Positions 7,502 through 16,368 of a stretch of DNA of 64,000 nt are shown here, one piece after another (positions within the stretch are counted from its first letter, which is position 1; the number at the start of each line of letters is the position of its first letter). The notes under the pieces are model-generated. The model saw only the letters and a list, made by a program, of their open reading frames with translations, had not been told where the DNA came from and did not search any database. Made by a program: the position numbers and the translations under genes. This stretch comes from a virus (Duplodnaviria; Heunggongvirae; Uroviricota; Caudoviricetes), in the IMG/VR virus record IMGVR_UViG_3300013121_000012, positions 85,427 through 149,426 of that record. The stretch is one strand, 5' to 3'.

Positions 7502-8887
7502 ATGTACAACGATAACATACTTACGTGCACAGACGCGTATAAAGCAAGTCATCCGAATCTTTATCCTAAAGATGCTGATGCGGGCCGATGGTACATCGCG
7601 CCAAGAAAACCTCTGACAGGAAGACAAAAAGAATTCGTTCTCTTTGGTCTCACCTACTTCCGAGAAAAATTCCTCAAAAATCAAATCACACAAAAGAACA
7701 TCGATAAAGCTCGATTGATCTGGGACAAGTTTGGTATTGGTGGTGGAGCGTATCCATTTCCATACGAAGGCTTTCAAAAGGTCATAGACAAATACGATGG
7801 CTACCTTCCAGTGCGTATTCTGGGCGTCCCAGAAGGCACCCCTCAGACCGAATACAACGTACCGATGGTCATTGTTGAATGCGAGGATCCAGATCTGTTT
7901 TGGCTCCCAGGATTCATCGAAACTACAATTCAGCGCTATGTTTGGTATGCGAGCACTGTCGCAACTAACAGTCGCAACATCCGAAAATTCCTCACACAAC
8001 TTTACAAAGATACAACAGATGAAAAAGACTTCTGGACTCTCGACTACCGTCTCCATGATTTTGGTGCCCGCGGTGCTACTGTCGGCGAACAAGCCGCTTT
8101 AGGTGGTGCAGCGCATCTCATCAACTTCAAAGGAACTGACACGATGGAAGCAGTCGTTCTTCTGAACGAACTTTACAACATGCCAGTTGAAAAGATCGGT
8201 TGCAGTATTCCCGCAGCGGAACATAGCACGGTCACAAGTCACGGTAAAGATATCGCAGCAGAAAAGAAAGCTCTCTTTCAAATGATCGATGCTTACAAAG
8301 GAAAAGCTCCCTTGATTGCATTCGTCAGTGACAGCTACGACTACAAACGATTCGTCGATGAAGTCTGGTGTGCACCTGACACGATTGCTAAAATCCGCGA
8401 AGCAGGAATTCTTCCAGTCATTCGCCCAGATAGTGGTGATCCAAACGAAATGGTTCTTTATGCACTTCATGCCTGCGAGAAAGCTTGGGGAGTAACTCTC
8501 AATGAGAAAGGTTACAAAGTCCTCAACGGAATCAATATCATTCAAGGTGATGGTATGAGATACGAGACAATCGTCAAACTCTACAACGCAGTAGTTGAAG
8601 CTGGATTTGCTCCACAGAACGTTGCAGTCGGAATGGGCGGAGGATTACTTCAAGCATTCACGCGAGACGACATGAGCTGGAGTATGAAGATGTTCCAAAT
8701 CCGTCGTAACGGAATGTGGTACAATATCCAGAAGAATCCAAAAACAGCGAGTGCTAAGAAAGCGTGGAATCCAAACGACGGACTCGATGAAGCTAAGTAC
8801 ATCGTCTACTTCGACGGAGTGAATCCTCAGAACGAAGCAGAAGGAACAATGGACTTTGAAGCAATTCGCGCAAGGGCAGTAGTATGA
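7502..8887 (+). CDS. nadV: Nicotinamide phosphoribosyltransferase (NAMPT)
   Basis: TDAYKASH, LHDFGARG, SIPAAEHST, VSDSYD, IRPDSGDP, IIQGDG, GMGGGLLQ. Confidence 0.95.
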   Translation: MYNDNILTCTDAYKASHPNLYPKDADAGRWYIAPRKPLTGRQKEFVLFGLTYFREKFLKNQITQKNIDKARLIWDKFGIGGGAYPFPYEGFQKVIDKYDGYLPVRILGVPEGTPQTEYNVPMVIVECEDPDLFWLPGFIETTIQRYVWYASTVATNSRNIRKFLTQLYKDTTDEKDFWTLDYRLHDFGARGATVGEQAALGGAAHLINFKGTDTMEAVVLLNELYNMPVEKIGCSIPAAEHSTVTSHGKDIAAEKKALFQMIDAYKGKAPLIAFVSDSYDYKRFVDEVWCAPDTIAKIREAGILPVIRPDSGDPNEMVLYALHACEKAWGVTLNEKGYKVLNGINIIQGDGMRYETIVKLYNAVVEAGFAPQNVAVGMGGGLLQAFTRDDMSWSMKMFQIRRNGMWYNIQKNPKTASAKKAWNPNDGLDEAKYIVYFDGVNPQNEAEGTMDFEAIRARAVV

Positions 8888-9861
8888 AAGATCAAATCAT
8901 CCGTTCTTACAAACGCTTCAAACAGAAAGGTTACCCTAATTGGTACTGGGCAATCGACGTGCACGATGTAATTTTCATCGGAGACTACAAGGTCGATTGC
9001 GAACTCCGTTGGGTGCGAGATGCAAAGCGAGCTCTGAAAATTCTTGGAATGATTCCAGAAATCAAAGTCATCCTTTACACATCTACTCGAAAAGACAAGA
9101 CACAGGCGATCATCGATAAGATCCTCGCTGAAACGGGTCTTACGATTCACGGAGTCAACGAGAACCCGGATTTCATGAATGATCCATCTGGTTTGTGTGA
9201 GTTCGATAAGAAATTCTGCTTCGACGTTCTTTTGGACGACAAAGCTGGATTCGATGCAGCAAATCAATGGGAAGAAATTATCGAGGTTCTCATTGATCTC
9301 GGACTTGCGATGCCAAAAGAAGTTGCCGATCAACCGGCAGCTCAGAACAAATGGGTTTCTTTAAGAGAGAAAGTTATGGAGTTCGGCGGCAAACAATTCA
9401 AGTACATTTACTCACATGAAGACCGATGCGCTGGAAAGATCGTTGTTATTCTTCCTTATCGTAAGAATAAAGACGGCGAACGCGAATACCTTCTCACACG
9501 AGAACATAACTCTTTGTTTGGTTACAACTACACAGCAATCACTGGTGGAGTTGATGCAAAGACAACTGAAATGAAAAAGATACGAGAACAAGCGATTCTC
9601 GAACTTCAAGAAGAAACTGGGATTATGTCTGGTCTGCACTTCGTAAAGAAGTTCACATCAATCAAATCTTCAGACAATCAGTACTTCTTATTCTCTGAAG
9701 AGATTTCAAATGAAATGAGAATCTCTGTTACCGGAGACGGAAGTATCGAAGAGCTTCTTGTTGTAAAGAAGTGGATGAAACTAAAAGATGCACTCAAGGT
9801 TCTTAACGATCCTATTGCTCTTGCTTGTCTCATCACGTTAGAAAATACGGAGCTGAAATGA
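8884..9861 (+). CDS. HAD-like domain fused to a NUDIX hydrolase
   Basis: N-terminal AIDVHDVI, ILYTS, NENPD, LLDDKAG; C-terminal Nudix box TGGVD..ELQEETG. Confidence 0.7.
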   Translation: MKDQIIRSYKRFKQKGYPNWYWAIDVHDVIFIGDYKVDCELRWVRDAKRALKILGMIPEIKVILYTSTRKDKTQAIIDKILAETGLTIHGVNENPDFMNDPSGLCEFDKKFCFDVLLDDKAGFDAANQWEEIIEVLIDLGLAMPKEVADQPAAQNKWVSLREKVMEFGGKQFKYIYSHEDRCAGKIVVILPYRKNKDGEREYLLTREHNSLFGYNYTAITGGVDAKTTEMKKIREQAILELQEETGIMSGLHFVKKFTSIKSSDNQYFLFSEEISNEMRISVTGDGSIEELLVVKKWMKLKDALKVLNDPIALACLITLENTELK

Positions 9862-10361
9862 TTTACTATACACTTGACGAACCAACAGAAGGCGGCGGGA
9901 TATTTCTCGCCGGTCCTTCACTCCGTCCAGAACAAAAAGGAACAAGTTGGAGACCGGACGCAATACAAAGAATCAAGCAACTAAAAATAAATCCTACGAT
10001 TTATGTGCCTGAATTCAAACCAATATTGGTTCCGAACTACCGTCAAGGAGAAGCTCCTGAAAACTGGACATACGAAAAACAAGTCGAGTGGGAAGTGAAA
10101 TGCTTATTTCTTGCTCAGACGATTTTGTTTTGGATTCCAAGAAGTTTCGAAACTCCTGGGTTTACAACAAACATCGAATTCGGCGAATGGTTACATTCTG
10201 ACAAAATCGTAATTGGTTGGCCAAAACATGCCGACAGAATGGATTACATTGCGCATCGTTGCAAAATGCGTGGAATGTATATTCATCACAATCTGAATAC
10301 TTTGTGCGAAGAAGCAGTAGAGCATAACAGAAAACGAAACGCAATACAAAGAAATCACTGA
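9858..10361 (+). CDS. Nucleoside 2-deoxyribosyltransferase-like protein
   Basis: IFLAGPS..SWR..A, YVPE, QVEWE, ILFWIPR, TTNIEFG; ATGA coupling at 9858. Confidence 0.8.
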   Translation: MIYYTLDEPTEGGGIFLAGPSLRPEQKGTSWRPDAIQRIKQLKINPTIYVPEFKPILVPNYRQGEAPENWTYEKQVEWEVKCLFLAQTILFWIPRSFETPGFTTNIEFGEWLHSDKIVIGWPKHADRMDYIAHRCKMRGMYIHHNLNTLCEEAVEHNRKRNAIQRNH

Positions 10362-10370
10362 GAGGATATT

Positions 10371-10652
10371 ATGAAAATCAACGGCGAAGAAGTTGTTCCA
10401 AAAAGAATTCATATGAATGAAGGAATGTGGAACTTACATTGCGAAGAAAAAGGAAAGCTTCGGATAATCCCATTTGCTAGCATCGAAACAGCCGATGCTC
10501 TTCCGATTGACGAAATCCTTATTATTCGCCCATTGACTACTCATCTTATCGCTGATCCGCTTACACGAACTGTTTTAAAAATATTCGTCGATACGCGGGA
10601 TATTGTAACGAACATGTGCACAGAAGTGCGGGAAGAAAAAAATGCTGAATGA
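10371..10652 (+). CDS. Hypothetical protein
   Basis: 93-aa ORF with GAGG ribosome-binding site. Confidence 0.65.
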   Translation: MKINGEEVVPKRIHMNEGMWNLHCEEKGKLRIIPFASIETADALPIDEILIIRPLTTHLIADPLTRTVLKIFVDTRDIVTNMCTEVREEKNAE

Positions 10653-10941
10653 AGAAATCATCCAATGGAGTAAAGACAACTGGCCGAAGAGAAATCACGA
10701 GTCGGTTGAAAAGAAACTCATTGAAGAACTTGAAGAATTACTTCAAGCATTTAAAAATAAAGACGCACTGAACACAATCGAAGAAATCTTCGATGTGTAT
10801 GCGATGATCGTGGATTGGTGCAATCTGAATTGCGTCAAACTCGAAAACATATTCGAAGCAAAAAGAGAAATCATAGAATTCAGAAAAGTTTGGGGTAAAA
10901 TGCCAAACAAAGAACGAAAAATTCTGAGGAGCTATTTATGA
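10642..10941 (+). CDS. MazG-like nucleotide pyrophosphohydrolase
   Basis: KLIEELEELL..EEIFDV. Confidence 0.7.
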   Translation: MLNEEIIQWSKDNWPKRNHESVEKKLIEELEELLQAFKNKDALNTIEEIFDVYAMIVDWCNLNCVKLENIFEAKREIIEFRKVWGKMPNKERKILRSYL

Positions 10942-11996
10942 ACAACAAAGGATGGAGAGATATGGCGCCAACAAATGGTGATCGTATCCATTGCGTAATC
11001 GGAAGATTCCAGCCATTTCACACTGGTCACGAATATCTCGTAGACAAAGCGTGCGAACATGCCGATGTACTTATCGTATTCTTAGGAAGCGCTAATCATG
11101 CACAGACTTTCAAAAATCCTTTCACAGATTATGAACGTCAAATCATGATTGAAAGATACGTTAAAGAGAATCACCCGAAAGTCCGCGTACATTTCAAACC
11201 TGTTCCTGACTTTATCGACGACGTAGATTGGGCGAATTACATTAAGCGTGAAGTCGCAGACGTAAGAACAGAAAACGACACTGTCGTTCTATATGGATTT
11301 GAGAAAGACGCAACAAGCTACTATCTCAAATATTTTCCAGAATATCGGATGCACGAAGTAGAAGCGATTGCCCGAGCTGATGTAGGAATACTCGGAGCAA
11401 CACAAATCCGTGAGATGATTTACAAAGACGACGAAAACTGGAAAAAGTACGTCAGTGCTTATACACAAGAGAGAATTCTTCGATGGATGGAAACGGATGA
11501 GTATCAAAGAATACTCACTGAATACGAATTCACGATGAAGTACCGCGAACAATTCAAACCAGTCGCAGGAGAGAAATACAATATCACATTTACAACAGTT
11601 GACAATGTGATTTTCTGTGGCGGTGAAGTTGCAGTCATAAAGAGAAAAGAATATCCTGGTACAGGATTGCTAGCTCTTCCTGGTGGATTTCTTTTACCTG
11701 ATAAAACGCTTCGCAGAAGCGCGGATATTCATCTCGAAAAGAAAACAGGTATTGACATCACAACTGAAGAGCCAAAAAGATTCTTCGTTGTTGATAATCC
11801 TGATCGCAGCTTAAGAGGACGTACGGTTACGAATGTTTTTGTGTATGATTTGCCAGTTGAAAAATATTACAATTTACTTAAAAACAACAAGAACATTATT
11901 CTTAAAACTGCCGCTACTTTTGCTATTACGGATATCGCAAAATTCTTCGAAGATCACTTCCAAATTATCGTAAAAGCTGATAGAATGATCAGGTAA
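10938..11996 (+). CDS. nadM: NMN adenylyltransferase fused to a degenerate NUDIX domain (NadM-Nudix/NatV type)
   Basis: IGRFQPFHTGH, LGSAN..KNPFT..ER, GATQIR; C-terminal LALPGGF..HLEKKTG, PDRSLRGRTVT, FFEDHFQI. Confidence 0.92.
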   Translation: MNNKGWRDMAPTNGDRIHCVIGRFQPFHTGHEYLVDKACEHADVLIVFLGSANHAQTFKNPFTDYERQIMIERYVKENHPKVRVHFKPVPDFIDDVDWANYIKREVADVRTENDTVVLYGFEKDATSYYLKYFPEYRMHEVEAIARADVGILGATQIREMIYKDDENWKKYVSAYTQERILRWMETDEYQRILTEYEFTMKYREQFKPVAGEKYNITFTTVDNVIFCGGEVAVIKRKEYPGTGLLALPGGFLLPDKTLRRSADIHLEKKTGIDITTEEPKRFFVVDNPDRSLRGRTVTNVFVYDLPVEKYYNLLKNNKNIILKTAATFAITDIAKFFEDHFQIIVKADRMIR

Positions 11997-12008
11997 GAAA
12001 TATAAAAT

Positions 12009-12344
12009 ATGTCTAACATGTTAAAATTTTTTGAGTCGCTGAATAAAAAAGAATCGCAGTATCTTGGTAGTTGTGTCGATATTGACAATAATGAAGAAAG
12101 TATGATATGTGATATTATTCGTGACGCAACAGAATTGTCTGACGTCGTCGATGATGAAAACGAAGGAGAAAGATATAAAATTTCTAAAGAGAAATTTTAC
12201 TCTCTTGGGGGAAGAAATAAAATAGGATCAAAAACGATAGTCAAAAAAGATTCAATTTTTGGTATGAATAAAGAAAAAGGAATATTTTGGGTATACACGA
12301 ATTCGGGCAAAAATGGATGGATTCACTATTTTTTTGATTTATAA
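12009..12344 (+). CDS. Hypothetical protein, possible capsid-internal protein
   Basis: N-terminus MLKFFES; AATATA-N4-ATG upstream. Confidence 0.6.
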   Translation: MSNMLKFFESLNKKESQYLGSCVDIDNNEESMICDIIRDATELSDVVDDENEGERYKISKEKFYSLGGRNKIGSKTIVKKDSIFGMNKEKGIFWVYTNSGKNGWIHYFFDL

Positions 12345-12397
12345 TTCTGTATTTTTTTATTAGAACATTTCCTTCCTTTAGAATATAATTACCTATC

Positions 12398-12461
12398 GGG
12401 ATCAGAGCGAATCTAGCAATGATCCCTTTTTAATTTTAACGCAATTTTTAAGGAAAAGGGA
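12398..12461 (+). promoter_or_regulatory. Candidate two-state RNA switch in the RNR leader
   Basis: Hairpin GGGATCA/TGATCCC plus T5, versus alternative TCCCTTTTT/GGAAAAGGGA pairing over the RBS. Confidence 0.45.
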
Positions 12462-14687
12462 ATGAATAAAGGCAAAGAATTTTTATCGAATCTGAAACTA
12501 TACTCGGACTATCTTAAGTGGAAAGATGATTTAGGAAGATACGAAACGTGGGATGAAGCGTGTGTAGATGTTCTTGATACTCATGTCCAAAAATATGGCA
12601 AGAAGATTCAAAAATATATAGACGAAATTCTCCCTCATTATCAAGCTAAAGATTTTCTTGTTTCACAAAGAAATCTTCAATTTCGTGGGCCGCAAGTTCT
12701 TAAGAACAATGCGAAGATTTACAATTGCTGCGTAACATACGCATATACGCCTGACGTGTTTGCTAAAGGATTCTATGTACTCCTTTCCGGAACAGGTCTT
12801 GGTGTTTCTCTAAAAAAGAAATTTGTATCACAGCTCCCAAAAATAAATTCACGAAATAAAGGTGCGAAAATCTACGTCGTTCAAGATTCAATTGAAGGAT
12901 GGGCAGACGCAGCAAAAGTTCTCATCAGTTCGTATTGCAAACATGGTTCTCTTTTCAAAGAATACTTTGGGTACAAAATTCTATTCGACTTTTCTCTTAT
13001 TCGTGAAGAGGGCGCTTTCATTTCTGGTGGATTCAAAGCTCCTGGACCAGAAGGTCTCAAGCAATCTCTTGAACGAATCGAAGCTTTATTGAATGCTCAT
13101 CTCGGTGAAAACGAAAGCATCGACTTTAAAAGCATAATCGCTTATGATATTTTCATGCATCTATCTGATGCAGTTCTTTCTGGTGGTGTTCGCCGTTCTG
13201 CGATGAACATCTTAATGGATGAAGATGACGAAGATCTTATCAACGCTAAAGTAGGAAACTGGAGACAGACACATCCTCATCGTGCACGTTCTAATAACTC
13301 TGTCGGCTTAATGCGCGGAGAATTCTCGTATGAAAAATTCAAGAAACTTCTAGAAATTAATAAAGGCGACAATGATCTTGGATTCGTATTCATGTCTGAT
13401 GAAGATGACATGTTTAATCCATGCTTTGAAATCGGATTTAATTTCTACCGCAAAATCAAAAACAAAGTATTCGCAGTATTTCAATTCTGTAATCTTGATG
13501 AAATTTCTGCGAGTGCATGCGTAGATAAAAACGGAGACTTCGACGAAGAGAAATTCTATCGTATTTGCCGTTATGCTGCAATCATAGGAACGCTTCAAGC
13601 TGGATATAACGAGTTCCCATATCTCGGTGAAGAGACGAATGAAATCGTACAAGGCGAAGCACTTCTTGGTGTTTCAATTACTGGATGGATGGATCGTCCA
13701 GAATTATTCAACGCAGAAATTCTACGTAAAGGTGCTGAGATTGTTAAGCGCACAAATGAAGAAGTTGCAGCGTTTATTGGTATCAATCCAGCGGCAAGAA
13801 CTACCACTGTCAAACCATCAGGTAACGCTTCAGCTGTTCTTGGGACTGAATCTGGCATACATGGTGCGCCTTGGGCTCGCTATTTCAGAATTATGCAACT
13901 TAACAAAGAATCTGATACGGCGAAACACCTATCAGAAAACTTTCCAGATATTCTTGAAGAAAGTGTATGGTCAAGTACGAACTCAGATTATGTTGTCTTT
14001 GTTCCTGTCGAAACAGAAAATCCAAATGCGATATTCAAAGATGATTGCATGGGTGTTAAACATCTTGAACTTATCAAGCTTGTAAAAGAGAATTGGGTCG
14101 ATACAGGAAAAATTCCGGAACGATGCTATGTGTCTACTACAAGTCATAACGTCAGCAACACTGTACTTACAGATGATATGGAAGCTATCTCTAGATATGT
14201 CTTCGATAATCAGAATTCGTTTGCTGCCGTTTCATTCTTAGAACCCACTGGCGACAAAGAATACAACCAAGCTCCATTCACTTCTGTCCTTAACACAGAA
14301 GAACTAATAAAGAAGTATGGAGATGGAGCAATGTTCATGTCTGGTCTCGTAGTAGATGGATTACACTACTTCGAAGAAAATCTTTGGCTCGCCGCGGATC
14401 ATGCAGAAAAGGATCTTAAAATTACTGGCAATCGTGAACAAACACTTCTTCGAAAAGATTGGGTGCGCAGAGTAAACAAATTCTCTAAGAACTACTTCAA
14501 ACGTGATATGAAGAAAACGATTCATTGTATGAAAGATGTCCATCTGTGGCACAAATGGAATACGATCTCTCGTGCATTCAAACCAATTAACTTTCCGGAA
14601 ATATTAACAAAACCAGAATTCAAATCCGTGAGCGGAACTGCGGCGATGGCTTGCAGTGGAAACTCATGTGAAATAGTGAGGCTATAA
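12462..14687 (+). CDS. Ribonucleotide reductase catalytic subunit (class I versus II unresolved; no beta subunit in window)
   Basis: IYNCC, GGVRRSA, FNPCFEI, FCNLDEI, TTVKPSGNAS; C-terminal CSGNSC. Confidence 0.92.
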   Translation: MNKGKEFLSNLKLYSDYLKWKDDLGRYETWDEACVDVLDTHVQKYGKKIQKYIDEILPHYQAKDFLVSQRNLQFRGPQVLKNNAKIYNCCVTYAYTPDVFAKGFYVLLSGTGLGVSLKKKFVSQLPKINSRNKGAKIYVVQDSIEGWADAAKVLISSYCKHGSLFKEYFGYKILFDFSLIREEGAFISGGFKAPGPEGLKQSLERIEALLNAHLGENESIDFKSIIAYDIFMHLSDAVLSGGVRRSAMNILMDEDDEDLINAKVGNWRQTHPHRARSNNSVGLMRGEFSYEKFKKLLEINKGDNDLGFVFMSDEDDMFNPCFEIGFNFYRKIKNKVFAVFQFCNLDEISASACVDKNGDFDEEKFYRICRYAAIIGTLQAGYNEFPYLGEETNEIVQGEALLGVSITGWMDRPELFNAEILRKGAEIVKRTNEEVAAFIGINPAARTTTVKPSGNASAVLGTESGIHGAPWARYFRIMQLNKESDTAKHLSENFPDILEESVWSSTNSDYVVFVPVETENPNAIFKDDCMGVKHLELIKLVKENWVDTGKIPERCYVSTTSHNVSNTVLTDDMEAISRYVFDNQNSFAAVSFLEPTGDKEYNQAPFTSVLNTEELIKKYGDGAMFMSGLVVDGLHYFEENLWLAADHAEKDLKITGNREQTLLRKDWVRRVNKFSKNYFKRDMKKTIHCMKDVHLWHKWNTISRAFKPINFPEILTKPEFKSVSGTAAMACSGNSCEIVRL

Positions 14688-14838
14688 TGAAACTTATTCT
14701 ATGGATGGCTTTTTGGGCGGCGATATGCGTCGGATCTTGCAAAGGTTTAGACTACATCTCTAAGACTTATGTCAAAGGATATATCGAAGGAAAGAACAGA
14801 TCATAAACATCTTGATAAAATCATGAGTATAATAACTC

Positions 14839-15117
14839 ATGCAAATAGATGTATCGCCAAGAGCGCCAAAAATAATTTCACTCAAAAAAGAAGTGATGGT
14901 TCGTGGAAGACGAACATATCCTCTTCTAGAGGAAGTTACTGATCTCTTCACAGTATTGAAGAAAAACGAAACTCCAAAAGAAGGTAAATCATCTCTCGCA
15001 CAACGCGGACTTGATTACATCAAAGAGCACAAAGCAATTCCAAAATCAGAATTGCGCGGTGCATACCGTCAACTGAATTCTATTCATGAATTCAACATGG
15101 AAGCACTAAGAGCATAA
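14839..15117 (+). CDS. Hypothetical protein
   Basis: 92-aa ORF. Confidence 0.65.
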   Translation: MQIDVSPRAPKIISLKKEVMVRGRRTYPLLEEVTDLFTVLKKNETPKEGKSSLAQRGLDYIKEHKAIPKSELRGAYRQLNSIHEFNMEALRA

Positions 15118-15118
15118 A

Positions 15119-15562
15119 ATGATCAAGATAAATTGGGACAGAGTAAGACGCGATTCAATTATCTTAGTGATAGTTGCAAACTTCATTTTTGCTTCTGTCC
15201 TAATTTACAAATTCAATTCTCTTAAGGGAGTTGTTCAAAGAAGCGCTGAAGAAAACAGAACAACTAACCTACATCAAAAAATCACAAACAATAATACAGC
15301 GCATGCGAATGCTTATACATTCATCGTAGACAGAGACATTCTTAAGAATTTCACATGGGACATTGATGAAATCAGAAATGGGACAGAACGCTACTGCAAT
15401 GACAACAAACCACATTGGTTTTCAAGCAAAAATTGCTTCATCAGAATAAAACCATCAATATTAGATGCATATAAGACAACTAGCCCATTCGGTTTTCAAG
15501 TTCATACAGTAGGCGAAACAGTCTACATTTCATATTGGAAGAGAATAACGCCTGCTAAATAG
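15119..15562 (+). CDS. Membrane-anchored hypothetical protein
   Basis: Single N-terminal hydrophobic segment. Confidence 0.65.
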   Translation: MIKINWDRVRRDSIILVIVANFIFASVLIYKFNSLKGVVQRSAEENRTTNLHQKITNNNTAHANAYTFIVDRDILKNFTWDIDEIRNGTERYCNDNKPHWFSSKNCFIRIKPSILDAYKTTSPFGFQVHTVGETVYISYWKRITPAK

Positions 15563-15573
15563 AAATATATTTA

Positions 15574-15915
15574 GTGGGCAGATACATATTCTTTGCACTG
15601 TTCTTTCTATCAATTATCTCTGGTCCACTTGAGAATTGTGTAAGCAGAAAGATCGCAGAAAATCAGAAACAAAGCATCTTAGAATTCCCAAAAAGAACAT
15701 ATTACTTAAACAAGATCTTCGAGAACACACGAGTTGTCCTTATTACATGGACAAATGAATGTGTCCCCAATGCTATCAGATTCTCTTACCACAACGTAGA
15801 AGACATCTTCTTTAATGGTGATTCAATATTCATAACTACATGGGACGAAAATGGATTGAAGGTCCCGATGAAGTGCGTAGAGAAGATCGAAACAGCAGAA
15901 ATCAAAAATTCTTAA
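15574..15915 (+). CDS. Exported or membrane hypothetical protein
   Basis: GTG start after AATATA-N4; hydrophobic N-terminus. Confidence 0.6.
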   Translation: MGRYIFFALFFLSIISGPLENCVSRKIAENQKQSILEFPKRTYYLNKIFENTRVVLITWTNECVPNAIRFSYHNVEDIFFNGDSIFITTWDENGLKVPMKCVEKIETAEIKNS

Positions 15916-15946
15916 TCATCTAGCGACTTATTGCCATAGAATATAC

Positions 15947-16129
15947 ATGGCAAAAAGAGAACGTGTAGGTCTTCGTATTCCTGAATTAGCAGAATTGACG
16001 ATTGATGAAAAAACTCCAGCAGCGACGATATATAATTACTACATCAACGAAAGCAACGAGAAGAAAAAGAAATTCTTCAAAGACGCCTGGGTGAGAGCAT
16101 ACAAGAGAGAAAAAGAACAAAAGAAGTGA
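15947..16129 (+). CDS. Small hypothetical protein
   Basis: 60-aa ORF; GTGA coupling to the next gene. Confidence 0.6.
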   Translation: MAKRERVGLRIPELAELTIDEKTPAATIYNYYINESNEKKKKFFKDAWVRAYKREKEQKK

Positions 16130-16368
16130 CATACTATTGTGATTTAAAACGACATCTCGTTTGTTTACCATACTCAACAGAAAATCTCCATAAAATGGCC
16201 GATGATCTAGATATTGATCGAGCATTGTTTCGGAAAAATCACTACGATATCCCAAAAAGAAGGGTTAAAGATATTATGGAGAGATGTATAGTCGTCTCTC
16301 CTAAACATATCGTTAAGATTATTTTGTTAAATAGTAAATCATCAAAAAGTGCGCAACGCTTCCAATAA
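16126..16368 (+). CDS. DUF4031-like protein
   Basis: HLVCLPYS.ENLH.MA..L.I.R..F..NHYDIPK. Confidence 0.6.
   Translation: MTYYCDLKRHLVCLPYSTENLHKMADDLDIDRALFRKNHYDIPKRRVKDIMERCIVVSPKHIVKIILLNSKSSKSAQRFQ

Noticed and set aside
7481-8092. Long antisense ORFs (also 8827-9333, 20264-21031, 32001-32483, 37095-37589)
   Set aside because: Shadows of motif-bearing genes on the opposite strand, with no recognisable motifs of their own.
9968-9982. Third copy of the AATCNAGCAA loop motif
   Set aside because: It lies in coding sequence, lacks the 5' GC and has no enclosing stem; it shows the short core can arise by chance.
14687-14838. Possible TAG read-through or frameshifted gene after RNR
   Set aside because: Only a 20-aa ORF is clear; no alternative frame gives a recognisable protein.
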